From Ginglymostoma cirratum (Eukaryota), in NCBI GenBank assembly GCA_024137785.1, contig JAHRHZ010000116.1, positions 248,001-312,000 on the forward strand: 64,000 nt of DNA, given 5' to 3'. The translations under genes and the position numbers were made by a program. How positions within the stretch are numbered: position 1 is the first letter of the stretch; the number at the start of each line of letters is the position of its first letter. Below, piece by piece: positions 13,002-26,330 of this stretch. The notes beneath the pieces are model-generated. The model was not told the origin of the DNA. It saw nothing but the letters and a program-made list of their open reading frames with translations, and did no database searches.

Positions 13002-13338
13002 GGGAGAGGCAATAGCATGGTATTATGGTATTATCACTAGGCTATTAATCCAGAGACCCAGATTACATTCCACCACGGCAAATGGTGCAATTTGAGTTCA
13101 ATAAAGCACCTTGAATTAAGAATATAATGATGACGATGAATCAATTGTCAGGGTAAATTCTGTCTGTTTCGTTAATCTGCTTTGCGGAAAAAAACTGCCA
13201 TCCTCACTTGGTCTGGCCTGCATGTGCCTCCAGACCCACAGAAATATGGTTGTCTCTCAGCTGCCTTCTGAGCAATTAGGGATGAGCAATAAATGCTGGA
13301 TAGTCAGCGTTGCCCCTCATCTCATTGATGTATAAAGG
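13002..13338 (+). mobile_element. tRNA-derived SINE with L2-type 3' tail, inserted in an RSS spacer
   Basis: Same family as the copies at 42853-43200 and 45375-45740. Flanked by AATG at 12998-13001 and 13339-13342. Confidence 0.8.
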
Positions 13339-13441
13339 AATGACATCGAGCCAAAACGACGTGCAATAACTGGTGTAGCTTTGTGGGTCACAGCTGCTTT
13401 CTGTTAAGAGTTGTTTATAACAGTGTTTCTTTATCTTTCAG

Positions 13442-13773
13442 GGTCCATCTGGTTCCTGTCACTGTGTCTCTCACTACACAGGAAAAAAAATGCACTGTCA
13501 AACAGCTGCAACTCACCGGTAGTGAATTTCCCAACCCTTTTAAATTTTCTCAGAGGAGGAAAACTCGAGTGACAACGTCACATGCTACAGCATCCTGTAT
13601 AAATGAATGTCGATCAAGAATTTCAGAGAATTACCCGGGTCGTGTCGGTACAACTGTAAAAATATAAATCAATTGCTGTAAAGTAGCTGAAATGATTGCT
13701 CACTAAATCTCCATCAATCTGTACCTCTGTAAGCGCCCACTGTGACATTGAATCTTCATAAGTAACGCCTGCA
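13442..13773 (+). pseudogene. Probable heavily frameshifted V pseudogene
   Basis: Acceptor ctttcag|. About 296 nt to heptamer CACTGTG (13738-13744). Fragments read SCNSPVVNFPTL, SENYPGRV and LYLC. A nonamer-like GCAGAAACA follows after 26 nt. Confidence 0.45.
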
Positions 13774-14690
13774 GAAACATGGAAATAAAACAACTTAAGA
13801 GGACAACTATAATCAATGTTAGCAAGTCTATGACATATACTGCAGCACAGGGATATATAGACAGTGGAAATATTGCCATGGTCTTATTACTTACAAGTGA
13901 GCATTTTTATTCATCGGAGTAACGTTTCAACTAAGTGAGCAGCAGCAACGACAATTGAGAAAATAGTAACAGATGGCATGTTTTCATAGGGAATAGAGGA
14001 TTTTAACAATGGCGTTTGAAAGTAAATTGTTTATGGTCTTAACTCATAGTAGACTTGTAGAGAAGTTACTGAAGTTGAATTGCTTCAAGCCAGAGCTGAT
14101 GATTTGTCATATGTGTCTCGTGACACAACTGGTCCATTTCTGACAGAATAACCAGGTGACAGAGAAATGGCTTTTACCTCCTTTCCTTGTCTAGGCCATG
14201 ACATCAGAGATCTGGCCACATGATCACAAAGTATCTACTGGACCTAAGCCCTTTGGCCTTTTGAACATTCTCCGCCACTCAGTAAGATTACATTGATCCA
14301 TTCACTGCCAACTTTTAGTACAATTCCCAGCTCCATTTTGTCCAGTAATATCCACTGATCCATCGACGTCAGTTGAAAATAAAATCAATGCAAGTGCAAC
14401 ATCTCTTCGATGATTGCTGAATAAAATTGAAATGAACATTATCTTGAATTCTGATCACTCAGTCCTGTCAAACTCGATTTTGGTCATTGATGAGTAAGAA
14501 CTAATTTTGTTGTAATATTGGCGCTGCTTTTAAACGCACTGCTCCCTGATCATGAACAATTTGTACAACCGATATAAAGAGTGGCTTTATAGAGAACAAT
14601 AAACTATGTGAATCACAGTAGAGATATTTGGAAGAGCTGAACTTCGTAATTTGGTTTTCAACAAATGAAGATAATAATCCGGCTCACACA

Positions 14691-14692
<2 letters not shown>

Positions 14693-14744
<52 letters not shown>
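14693..14744. repeat. (TG)26 microsatellite
   Basis: Perfect TG run about 40 bp beyond the RSS nonamer of the minus-strand V gene. Confidence 0.95.
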
Positions 14745-14745
<1 letters not shown>

Positions 14746-14784
14746 TAGGGGTAGAGGGAGGCGAGCTGTTGATATCGTCTTGTT

Positions 14785-14823
14785 GGTTTTTGTACGGGCT
14801 GACTGAACTTCTGTATCAGTGTG
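14785..14823 (-). promoter_or_regulatory. 23-bp-spacer RSS of the minus-strand V gene
   Basis: On the minus strand: heptamer CACACTG (14817-14823), 23-nt spacer (14794-14816), consensus nonamer ACAAAAACC (14785-14793). Confidence 0.95.
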
Positions 14824-15256
14824 GAGCTTAGTGCACAGTGATAGACAGCAGAGTCAGAGGGAGAAACAGCTGCTATTTTTAATGTAACTATCTTCTTTTC
14901 GTTGTCCAAAATAGCAGAAAACCTGTTGGAGAATTCTTGAGACTTGTCTCCCTGTTCCTTGTTGAATATCTTCAATAAATATCTCGGAGGTTCCCCTGGA
15001 TACTGGACGTACCAGAAGAGAGTCGGAGCAGCATACGTTGTTTGGTAAATGCAGTTCAGGCTTACATCAGCTCCTACCTGAACCGTTTGCTCAAGTGATT
15101 CCGGGGAAACTGAATCTTGGCCGCTCGTTCCTGCAACAAAAACAATTAAGGAGTCAAAAATCTGAGTAAAACAGATGAAACACGCGCTAACAAATTGACT
15201 CCAGACTCACTCGGTGGCATGGCCGTTATTATTACAAAAGCCCACAGGGAAATCAT
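14824..15256 (-). CDS. TRAV: T-cell receptor alpha/delta variable gene segment, intact (leader exon 15256-15211, 80-nt intron, V exon 15130-14824)
   Basis: Leader MISLWAFVIITAMPP with donor A|GTGAGT; acceptor ttgttgcag|. The V exon reads RTSGQDSVSPESLEQTVQVGADVSLNCIYQTTYAAPTLFWYVQYPGEPPRYLLKIFNKEQGDKSQEFSNRFSAILDNEKKIVTLKIAAVSPSDSAVYHCALS, with no stops. The ORF track captures only its 3' half. Confidence 0.95.
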
Positions 15257-15959
15257 GACATCAAATCCGAAAGGCAACAGCACACTGTTCAAAATATGTT
15301 TACTCTTGTGATTTTATATCATTGACTAAACCCAGATCGAACACAGCCTTTTCTTCTTGAACAAATGAAGGGCGTGTTCAATGTACAGATTGGTTTGTTT
15401 CGCAGACATGATATCAGCTGCAGACTAACCACAGTTATTCAGACAGAAAGCAGCTGACTCTCTCCAATCCTTCACATTGATGTCTTTATCTTCCACACCC
15501 TCCTTATCATGCCTTAAAATTTCACAATTCTTTCTCTTCCCGATTTAAGATAATTTTATTTCAAGCTTAATAGCGTTCTCTTCAAATGCATAGATCATCC
15601 TCTGTAGTTAGCTGAAAGTGGAAATAATTCAAAATTTACTTAATACTCAGGATTTCATCAACGTATGCTGCCAAGTTGGACAATTAATTGTCAATGTGCT
15701 AAGCGAGGAAATGATAAATTGTCATACACCTCTAACAGAATTATGGAACTAGTTCCAGTGAATCCTTGATTTCAATCAATCCCTATTTTTTACCTCAGAC
15801 ACTTTAAATTGTGGTGTCCCTGAGCCCACTTCCACACTCGATCACTTTGGAAAGATTGTGCTTGATCGTAAGGCACGAGATTTGGAACTTTTATAAGTGC
15901 AAATTGATTCGGGATGCCTGGGCATCTTCAAATGATCATGACGAATAGGAACATTAATA

Positions 15960-16830
15960 CACCAGTCAGCCCTTCAACCCCGCGCCTCCATAACTGCTCT
16001 CATCATGTCTCTGCTCTCCTTTCCTCCCAGCAAAATAACACTTTTTTTTTTTCTCTCCTGTCCATCAAAACTCTCTCTAAATCGGCCTTGGATATATTTA
16101 ACGGCCCACCCCTCAGTGTTCCAAGAAAAATTAATGACAAAGTCAAACGATCCTTTTGGAGAAAAGGAAAAACAAAAAAATGACAGGCAATTAGTTTTTC
16201 GACTTTGTGCTGTAATCTCAAATGCTCAACAAGTGAAGGCTTTGTGTTAGTACTAACCATGGAAAGATCGCTCAGGATGTTTCATGTTTCATGTAAATTA
16301 CAGTTCGTTATTCTAATTGTTTGCCAATGGGTCGGGAAATATCTCAGTTCTATCCAGGATTAAAGAGGCGCCCAATGTCACATTTCCAATACTGACAAGT
16401 ATTGGCTCTAAAGTGACAAATCCGTTCGGATCAAGATCTATTTTAACATTCATGGTCTGTACGTTATGTCTGGTATCCAATTCCTCATATTTTCTTGCTA
16501 CCAACTCATGAGTGTTGACCTGGACCAGTTTGTCTATGAGTGTCTAGGGACTCTTATTCACTGTAGATCTCAGTACACTGTGATAACCAGCGCTGTCTGT
16601 TGCCTTAATTTTTTACAGGACAAGTTGAAGCAATTCAGTAATATTGTGCGATTTTCTGGGAATTCCATCTCCTCATGTATTTTGTTTTCTTCAAATAATC
16701 ACTTTCTGTCTAAGGGTGAAGCTGATCTTTTGATTATGTTCAGGGCGCACCTTCCTGTGGTCAGTGGAATTGCTTCCAGAAGAAAATCAGTTACATCTTC
16801 CATCACAGAGAAGGACAGCAACATGTACAG
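15960..16830 (-). mobile_element. Decayed LINE (L1/Tx1-like) fragment
   Basis: Broken minus-strand reading frames resembling a LINE ORF2 C-terminal region with an A/T-rich end. Family uncertain. Confidence 0.4.
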
Positions 16831-17559
16831 ATAAAACAAAACATGCGAAAATGGAAGGCCAAATGCACATTGAAAGTTATTGAATTATATGAGGTTCCGT
16901 TGTTTGGGTTTAAATAATGCGAAATAAGTAATCAAAGAGCGCCTCGTGTGTCAATTTTAACCTTCTAATTATTTGTATACAGAAATTAAAACGAGGTTTA
17001 AAAGCAAGGGACCCATTAATAATCCCTGGGTAACACAGCTACAAGCTTTCCTGCAGCCCAAAAAATACCAATATATCATTGCTGTCTGATTCTGGGCAAA
17101 CTGTCAATTGTGTATCCTGTTGCCGCCCTCTCTTCGAATAGATTACCTATGTCTTTCCTCACAAATCTGTAGTGTGACACTGCATCATGTACCTACTAGA
17201 TGCCTATATGCGTCACATCAACAGCATTAACCTCATCGGGTATGTCTGCTACGTTCTAAATGCGTTTTCGTTGCCAGTGATATTTAGTGGTTCTGCAAGT
17301 GGGTGTCATTGAAGTGAATGAACGTGGCCTGAGGTATTTTCCGCTTGCCCATGAATGATCTGAGGTTGATGGGCACTGTCATGCATTGATGCGCACTGAG
17401 TCTTATTGTGAATGATAATCCTTACGCAGTTAATAAAAAAAAGGCCTGGGTCTACAATTATGAATCTATTTCAGTAAAATACATTGTTAGATTGCAGAGA
17501 ATATGTACAGGGGATTATTACTAGGATACAGCCTGATCCAAGCTTGTTCTCTTCTTACA

Positions 17560-18620
17560 GGTTCATAGAGTCATCCGGTATGGAACCAGGCACTTCACGC
17601 CAACTCGTCCATGCTGAGCAGGTATCCCAAACTGAACTAGCTTCATTTGGCTCCATTTGACCCACATTCCTCGAAACATTTCCTATTCATTATCTATCCA
17701 AACGTCTTTTAAGTTTTGCAATTCTGCCGTTCCTATCCCTTCTTCTGGCAGCTCATTCAATATAAGCATCATTTTCTGTGTGAATATATTGTTTTCATGC
17801 CACTTTTAAAATTTTCTCCCTCTCATCTATGCCCTCTAGTGTTGAACACGTGCACTTTTGTAAAAGGAAAGAGACTTCTGATTTAGCTTTCTATGCCTCT
17901 CACCATATTAAAAACATTGATAAGGTTAGCCCTCAAGCTTTTCCATTCTAGGCAATAAACTCCAAGCCTATCTGGGCTCAAACTATCTAACGCACCTCCT
18001 CCAGTCCTGGTAACATTCTCTTATTTTGTTTCTGTACCCTCTTCCAGGTTGACAATGCCCTTCCGACAGCAGGATGTTCAGAATTGTACGAAGTATTCTA
18101 AACGTTGCCTCTCCGATGTCTTGTACAGATGTAACATGTTGTGCCAAACCATATACCTCATGCTCTGGCCAATGCAGGAAAGCAAGCCAAACGCCTTCTT
18201 CAACAGCTTATCGACCTGCAATAACCCTTTCAAGGAAGAATGAGCCTTACACTTCTGTTCAACATCACTGCTCATTGCCTTACCATTGACCGTGCAAGTC
18301 TTGCCCTGGTTTGCTTTCCGAAAACAAAAACCTCTCATTTATCAAAATTAAACTCTACCTGCGACTTTCGTGTCAGTTGGCCCATATACTCAAGATACTG
18401 GATAACATTCCTCACCGCTTACTGTACCGTCAATTTTGGTTCCATCTGCAAACTTACTAACCATGATCCCCATATTCTTTTCCTTACATTTGATACAAGC
18501 AAAAAATAAAAACAGCAGTCGTACCAGAAAAAAACCCTTCTGGCACACCGCTGTTCACTGGCCTCCAGTCCGAATACCAACCCTCAACTATCACCATCTC
18601 TTCTATCGTCAAGTCAATTT
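17560..18620 (-). mobile_element. CR1 LINE 3' fragment
   Basis: Minus ORF ...KKAFGLLSCIGQSMRY..MLHLYKTSERQRLEYFVQF (CR1 RT C-terminus), plus the CR1 3' tail. Confidence 0.8.
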
Positions 18621-19736
18621 AGTTACATGTGCCAGAAATATAACAACTGACAGCCACTACAATCCAGAATTAAATTCATACATTTCCAGAGCCATTATGA
18701 AACCATGAGATGAATTAACGATCTTCTGACTGAAACATGATACATCCTGTAAATCCTTGACCTGGTAGCTGCTGAGATGATGTTTTCACTTTTCAGGGAT
18801 GCTGGAACTTTGAGAACGAATTTGAAATCAATAGACCTTCCAGTTAAGCTGATGAAATGAGGGGAACATTCTCTCAGATGATCTTAAGTATTCAGAAAGC
18901 CTTTCTACGGAAACCAGCAGATGCTTGGTCATTAACACATTCACAGATGAGTTAGGTAAAGCTTTGATCTGCAACATAAAAACGGTATAATGATGAGTGC
19001 AAGCAAAATGGAGTTCATGTCGCAGACAAATTAGTTAGGAACTTGTTTAGGGGCAAATCAGAATCGAACGGCCAAGTGGTGTAATTTCCAATTCATCATG
19101 ATCTTTTTCAGCTGCACGGAGCAAACGCATGAATCAATTTTTATTTTTAAATTTCTTGGATATTTTGCCTATCAGTCAAGTGATACTTCCCAAATATTAC
19201 CTAATCTCAAGGGAGCTTCAGGGGTTAACAGCATAGTTGCATTAAGGTCGACAAACAATTAATAATTTTCTTGATGACTTTGATCTAACAATTTACATCC
19301 ATTGTGTATATTCAGCTCAATTGGATTGGTTACGTAAATATGAGAATGGTATTAGAATAGTTGTCTTTTTTTATTTCAAGTAGAGAAAATGAATTACTTT
19401 TCCGGTAATAGTGTCAACCTGAAATAAAAAATGTTGTATGAAATTCAAGAAGAGGCTAGATTCCTGAATATGTTAAAAAAGGAATTGGATTGAGAAAGAC
19501 ATCGAGACCAAAAAAATAAAGAAAGCTACGCCAGTGTATTTTAGTATCCCACTCACTGTGATTCGTCCATTTGTGTCGATGAAACTGAGAATGCAACCAA
19601 TTACTGCGCCAGAAACCGCCTTTCAATTGCCCAATAAATGAAACCTGCCTCGGTTCAGAGCTCAATCACTGATGTAAGACGAGAAAACCCGACACATTTT
19701 CCATAACTATGCTCTTTGCTGTCGAATGTGATATCA

Positions 19737-20125
19737 TGTGTTCCCTCTGCACATTACTGAAATTAATAGTTGTGCCATCCGATGGATCTGAGTAAAAATC
19801 TCCAATGTGTGATTTATTGATTCCATTTAATCATATACCCAGTATGTTTGATCCAGGAACGGATGTCCAAAATGAAGTTTCCCAGGATCCACCTCAATAA
19901 ACGGTTTCGGAATGTCAAACTGTAATATTGAACACTAGCTGGTGAAATACTCTTCTGTTACATCTGAGATCCTCACTGAGGAGGTAAGACAAGGATGAGG
20001 GGCATAAGTCTTCAAATTTCCCTGAGTGATTGTCTTCTCTTTTGAACAAGAGTAAGAGTGATTTATTTAGATACCGCCAGAGTTTATGTCTCTGATTTTA
20101 CCATCTTCTACTGTGCATTGCGATC
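19737..20125 (+). pseudogene. TCR alpha-type V pseudogene
   Basis: Leader-like MCSLCTLLKLIVVP from about 19737 and acceptor atccag| at 19856. Fragments read TDVQNEVSQDPPQ*TVSECQTVILN, LFCYI*, DKDEGHKSSNFPE* and VYVSDFTIFYCALR. Multiple stops and frameshifts; the RSS is degenerate. Confidence 0.75.
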
Positions 20126-21129
20126 CATGTGACGAATCTTAAATATAACTAAAACAACATTAAAAAATAGCACTTGCACGAAAGAGATTTTTTTTCCTGT
20201 GGTGCAGAATGTGGATCATACGTGGATATATTCTTTATAATGGTTGTGTGCATCATTCATTGCCAACTAGCAGACCTTTTCATGGTAGACTCTGGCACTG
20301 ATACAACGGCAACATTCATTGTGCTATTCTGTACACCAAATAGTAGTGCTCGTTTGATCGGCAAGCATTGTAACCTGCAGTCTCTAATAAAGTGATCACG
20401 AATGAAAATAATGGATTTAGGGATAGTGCAGGAAAATGTTTGTAAGATGTATCATCCTGATTGAATAGAAGAACAGCTTCGAACGACCAAATAGTGTCTG
20501 CTATTTCCTATTCTTGTTGTTGTGTTAATGATCTCCCTAATGTCATTGACAAAAAAGCAAATGCAACAAAGTGATTAAGTGTCACCTGGTGAGTCTGTCA
20601 GGAATGAACAAATTTGCAGGAAGGCAAGGTACGGCTGACACTTATTCAAATCTGAGTGGAAATATTTCAGATTTAGCTCCTTCACCTAATGGGCAGTTGA
20701 GAGCCAAACACGTTGCTGTGGGCCTGGAGTTACATGTAGAGCAGACAAGGCGGATAAGTGACAAGCTGAAGGAAAGCCAGAAAAATCACAAACGAGTGAA
20801 GACTTGGGGAAAATGGCTACTGAGATGAAAATCGGAAATGTGGAATGCTGAAACAGATATACCAATTCTATTACAGTAATAACATGTAGGAAAAACGGCC
20901 ATCCAAGAAACGGACGGACAGTCTTCGAAACTCACACGCAAAACAATACTTTTTAAATATTTTGGTACATGACAACAATAAATGAAATAGGATCAATAAT
21001 ATTTTTAAGTAGGGTTAATTTTCATTCCGTTCTCTAACTAAGCTTTCAGAGGAAACACCACACTCTTTCTTTCAGATTGTTGCAGAAATGTCATTGTCCA
21101 TTATCTATGCATCACATCCTGAAGATACC

Positions 21130-21350
21130 CTTGAATCACAACTGTGTGCCCACTCAGGCACACTCCCTGTCCTTTCCCTGTAAACATGCGGTCTCCAGAG
21201 CAAATCCACCTGATCTGCACATCTTTTGGACGGTGGAAGGAAACTGGGAACTGGAGAAAACATACGCAAACATGGGAGAATGTTCAAACTCCGCACAGAC
21301 AGTCTTCCAAGGCTGGAATCGAACCTGCATTCCTGTCGCCGTGAGGCAAA
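21130..21350 (-). mobile_element. HE1/V-SINE-like tRNA-derived SINE
   Basis: The minus strand has a GGTTCGATTCC B box followed by the gtgcggagtttgaacattctccc V-SINE-like core. Confidence 0.7.
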
Positions 21351-21444
21351 TTATGGATCAGATCATACCCCAGAAAAAAATATTTCAAGAAGGTAGCCTC
21401 GGCGCTAACATTTTTTTTCTAATTTTCAAGGTGGAAGTGAAATT

Positions 21445-24400
21445 AGTGTGGCAGCTTGTCGAACTGCTCCACATTAAGCAAAACACAACTTATTTAAAAA
21501 CTATACATAAAATACAAACAAAACAAAGAGGAATTTAGAATAAAGTAACCATTGATAAAAACTGAATAATAGCGACTAAATAACTGTTCCAATATGGCAA
21601 CATCCCTTAAGCACCTCCCTTGGTAGAAAGGTGAATTCAGATACAAGTGTTTCCAGGCAATTTGCAATCCAGAAAGGAGCAAATATCAAGAGACATATTT
21701 CAGAGAAAGCCAGTTTGGAACCATTTCCCGAAGCTTGCAACCCTTCTGGGACTCCAAAATGTTCCAACAGCTACAGCTATAAAAAGCTAGAAAACCTGAT
21801 GCCTGAAAAGCGACCATTCATCTCCCATTGTTAAACAGTTTTAAGGAACAAAAAAAGCATCTGAAATAGTTGGATTGGGTCGGCTCAATTGATATTTCAG
21901 CATCTCTGACTTTACAAACCCAGGATAAAACAACCTTTTTACTGTGACAACATCGTTACACTCCCCCCTCCCTTAACGTATAAAACCACCAATTTACAAA
22001 ATTGGCTTCATTTAAAAACCCTTAGTCTTACTTGATTAGTGCACTACAATGCATAGACATGGCATTGACTCTAAACATTCACTACGACATGGTATTTCAT
22101 TCTGTTTCATCTTGCCACTGAAAACCTTCATCTTTCTTCATTCACATCAGGACGACATTTCTGTCAATTACGTTTTTTCTTTGTACCAAGTGTATAATTT
22201 TAAAACTGAATGCCTGCAATAATAAATACCATCTAAGCAGTCTGGAACGTTTGTCCTCATATTTCTCAAAAAAACTTTAATCAGTTTTAGTCAGTATGCC
22301 CAATTGTCTCAGACACATTACCAGCATTATAAAATTTGAAATGTTGTAACGCCAACAGAGCACTCAAGGTCTCCTTGTCAGTCATGGAATATTACATTAA
22401 ACGAGCATTCAACTTTCTGGAAACATACGCCTTCTCTTTTTCTATCTCCGCGTTCTCTTCTCATAAGACTACAATCCGAAACCCATTTCACTCGCATCAA
22501 TAGCCACGTTGCATGGCTTGACGTAAATAGATGTGGTTCTTACTGTGGCCGAGGGTAAAACAGCTTTCATGCTGCCAAATGCCTTCTGTCAGTCTGTTGT
22601 CACAGTGGCTCAGTGGTTAGCACTGAACCTCAAAGCACCAGAAAGCTAGGTTCGATTCCACCCTCTTGCATCTGTCTGTTGTTTGTATGTTCTCCACACG
22701 TCTGCGTGGGCCTCCTCCCACAGTCCGAAGGTGTGCAAGCAAGGTGGATTGGCCATGCCCAATTAGCCATACTGTTTTGGGCTATATAGCTTAGGCTATA
22801 GGGGAAAGGGCCTGGGTGGGATTCTGTGAGGATCGGTGTTGCACTAAAAAGCCTGCTTCCACACTGTAGGGACTATATGATATGTGATTTATGCACGTGT
22901 TCAATAAGTTTGTCAGTCATACAACCACACTGCGAAAATTCGGCATAAACTTCCGATAATACCTATGCAATACCAAAAATCATTGTGCTGCTCTCTTCAT
23001 CAATGGCATGGGAAACTCCCCAATAACCTTTGTTTTCAGAACACTTGAGGCCATTTGTTCATGTCCGAAAGCATGGTTCAGGAACGTGACTTGGGTTTTT
23101 GCAAATTCAGTCTTAGACAGGTTACTTTCAGAGACATCTACCCGAAGTCGATGGAATCAATCTGATAAATGCTGCAAATGTTCCATCTATTTGTGACTAA
23201 AAATCACGAGGTCGTCGATGTAGACAACACAATTCGCTAATCCAAAAATGATTTTATTGGTTCGCTTCTGAAATGTAGTTCCCACACTTTTGAGACAAAA
23301 TGTCACGACTTCAAAATTGGCAAAGTCCGTTCGGTGTCACAAAAGCCGAAATTGTCTTCACTGTTTCGGATAAACGTGCCTGTAAGTGTTTTCTGAGTAA
23401 GTCCACTTTATAAATATAAGTAGTTTGTCCCACCTTCTCAATACATTCTTCCGAATGTGGAATCGGAAGAGGATCATACATTGTCACTGCAGTAACTTTA
23501 CAGTAACGCACACATAATGTTAGGTACCATCTTGCTTTGGTGCCATTACGATGGGAGAGCTCCAGTCACTGCAAGTCACGTTGGTTATGTTGTCTTTGAG
23601 CATGCGTTCAATTTCTACTTGAACTTGTGCTGACTTTAGATGGTTAAGTCTATAGGGATATTTCTTATTTGAAACGACATTTCCTGTATCTACATCATGA
23701 ATGATTAAATTAGTTCTTCCCTGCTTATTCCCATATATCTCCCCAGTGATGGGAATACATTTTATCAGGTCATTTCGATTTTCGTCTGGAAGGTAACTCA
23801 ATAATTTATCCCATTTTTGATAACTTCCTCATTTTCCGATTCAATTTGAGGAATGTACAATTAAGAAACATCTGAACTGGGATCTTCACTCTGTGTGTTA
23901 ACCAAGAACACGTTCTCCTACTGCTTTGCTTCCCTATCAAAATCCGTTTTGAGCATATTCACATGACACAGTCTGTGATGTTTCTTTCCTTCAGGAGTCC
24001 TTATCAAATAATGCACCTCACTCAATTTCTCAGAGTTAACAATAACTGCCAATGTTGGAGACAGAGATAACACAATCAGTTGCACACTGTGTTACCTTGA
24101 AACCAATATCTTTTCGATTTGCAAAAGGTCACTGAAGCTTGCTTTTAAAGGCTCACCTACCACTGTTTCAACACATGCTGTGCTAATTTTAAGTGATGAC
24201 CAGCCTACCCTCCTGCTCTATTCAATCATTCCCTAAAATTTGAAGCAGAGTCCAAATATGAGTTTTCTGACCTCTGACTCACAAATTTCACCTTAAATAA
24301 CTTTAGTGGCCCTCTCACCCCTCATGCCCAACATCTAATTCAAATGGACTCAATGTGGCAGATTCATTTGTTGAATCCCTAATGGCAAGATGTCACATGG

Positions 24401-26330
24401 AATTATTTTATCCAAATCGCCTGGATAGTCTTGGCTATGCGCCTTCAACATGGGATTGAAATATTGATGCCGCCGTTATAAGCTCCGTGCAATTCTGAAG
24501 GGTAGGCATTGGGTTTGGCTTGTTTTATTTCTAAGCTATGCATGAGTTCCCTGAATATTTATGATGCAAAATTTGAATCTTGGCCTGATTGTAACTCTGT
24601 GGGTAGTCAGTATCTTTTAATAAATTTGAGCAGTATCTTGTACAATCCTTTTAGCTGTGATATTGCATGATGAAATGACCTCTGGAAACTTGGTTGGTAC
24701 TTCCATATTGTCAGCAAGTACTGACTCCCACTTTTTGTTTTATGTTGCAGTCAATTAATACTCTTGTGAAAGGTTCCTAAGATGCAAGGAATGCACACGA
24801 ATGGTGTTGGTTTTATTACTTTCTGACGTTTTGCGATTACCGAAACATATGATATATGACATATGATATGTCTGACAAAATTTAACTGCATCATTATGCT
24901 GTTCAGGCCAATAAGAAAGAAATTCAAAGTCTGGCCTGAGAATTCTTTTACCCTTAAGTGACGTCCTACTTATAATTCATGTGTTATCTGCAATACCTCC
25001 TTTCTTTAACCCAATGTTAATACAAGTTGATAAGCGTCTACCCATTTTTCATTCACCTGATTATTTGTTGGTCTCCATTGACTCATCAAAATCATTTTTA
25101 AAGATGTTAACATTTGGAACAAAGCATTCTTTCAATACGCTTTTTGATACGATTGTTTCAGTTTTTCATCTTTCTGTTGTAACTCCGTTTACTTCTCTGA
25201 AATATAAACATCCACCTTATTCTCCAGCTGTTCTTGTTTCTTTTTAGCAGCCATTCGATCAAAAGTGGTCTCTGATAAATCTACTTCAATCTCCTTGCTT
25301 TTATTTTTAGCTTTCCAATTCTGCTTTAAAGGGTCACCTGTGTGACCGGAAAAATCCAGAAAATATACTTCCTGTTATGCGTCAGTGGCCTGATTTTTCA
25401 CTGCTTTTCAAGCAAAGTAAGCAGCACTCCTAACTATGATTCATCTATATCGGTACCAAGGATAAATTGTATTCCTGGAACTGAACTTTTCTCCAGCACT
25501 CCTTTAGCCAGCTCTACACTTTTAAGTAGACACTCAAACCTCACTTTACATAAAGTGCACTTCTTATCTCACCATGAATTTCACTCATTAGGTCTATTTT
25601 TCTGGAAAAAGTACTTCTGAATTAAGTACCTCCTCGTCTGTCAACATTAAAGATTGACATGATCCTGTAGCTCTTAAATTTACAAGTACAAATACATTTA
25701 CAAGAACTCCTCTAAAATATTCGTCGCTGTAATAGCGTCATATGTTTGATCTATATTCAATGCCCTTGTCTACCTATCAAAATTACTTTGTTTTATCCTT
25801 TCAAACTCAATGTACTTTCGACAAGGAACCCCCTTATTTTCCTGAAATGCTTTCCTTAAGCTTCTGCAACGATAAAGACGGCTTTATTCTCCTACTCATA
25901 CTACCCAGATACCTCCTCCTATACTGATGCAAGTACCTCACACGTTCTACCTACCAACTGTGGTTGGATCAAGAAAAACCCATATGGCCACAGGCCACTT
26001 CATTTGTTTTGCCACTTTCCAAGACGAAACAAGACCAAGAGAGATTTCAGAGAAAGTCACTGTTGGAAGTAATTTACTGAAGCTTTCAATATTTCTGGGA
26101 CCCCAATAACTTCCTATAGCTACAGCGAAATAAAAACGAGAAAGCCTGATCTGGGAGCACTGGTCACTCCCCGTCCATTGTTAAGCTGTTTAAAAAAATA
26201 ACTCAATGATCTCTTAAAGTGTTGATATTATAGCGGAGATGAAGTAGATATTTCGGTATGTCTGTCTTTACAAGCTCTTTTCAACATTATCCAGGATAAA
26301 ATACTCTTTTTAAAGTGACAAGTCATCACA
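21445..26330 (-). mobile_element. Decayed Ty3/Gypsy LTR retrotransposon, Gmr1-like domain order (INT before RT-RH)
   Basis: Diverged LTR pair (about 21445-21960 and about 25930-26330, both starting TGT on minus). Polypurine tract at 21961-21973. Integrase core about 24250-24750, RT about 23000-23800 (WSSPIVMAPKQDG, SAFVTPNG) and RNase H about 22250-22600. Confidence 0.8.
22600..22880 (+). mobile_element. HE1/V-SINE-like SINE nested in the Gypsy element
   Basis: A box (gtggctcagtggttagc), B box (ggttcgattcc), V-SINE core and CR1-type tail. Confidence 0.8.
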
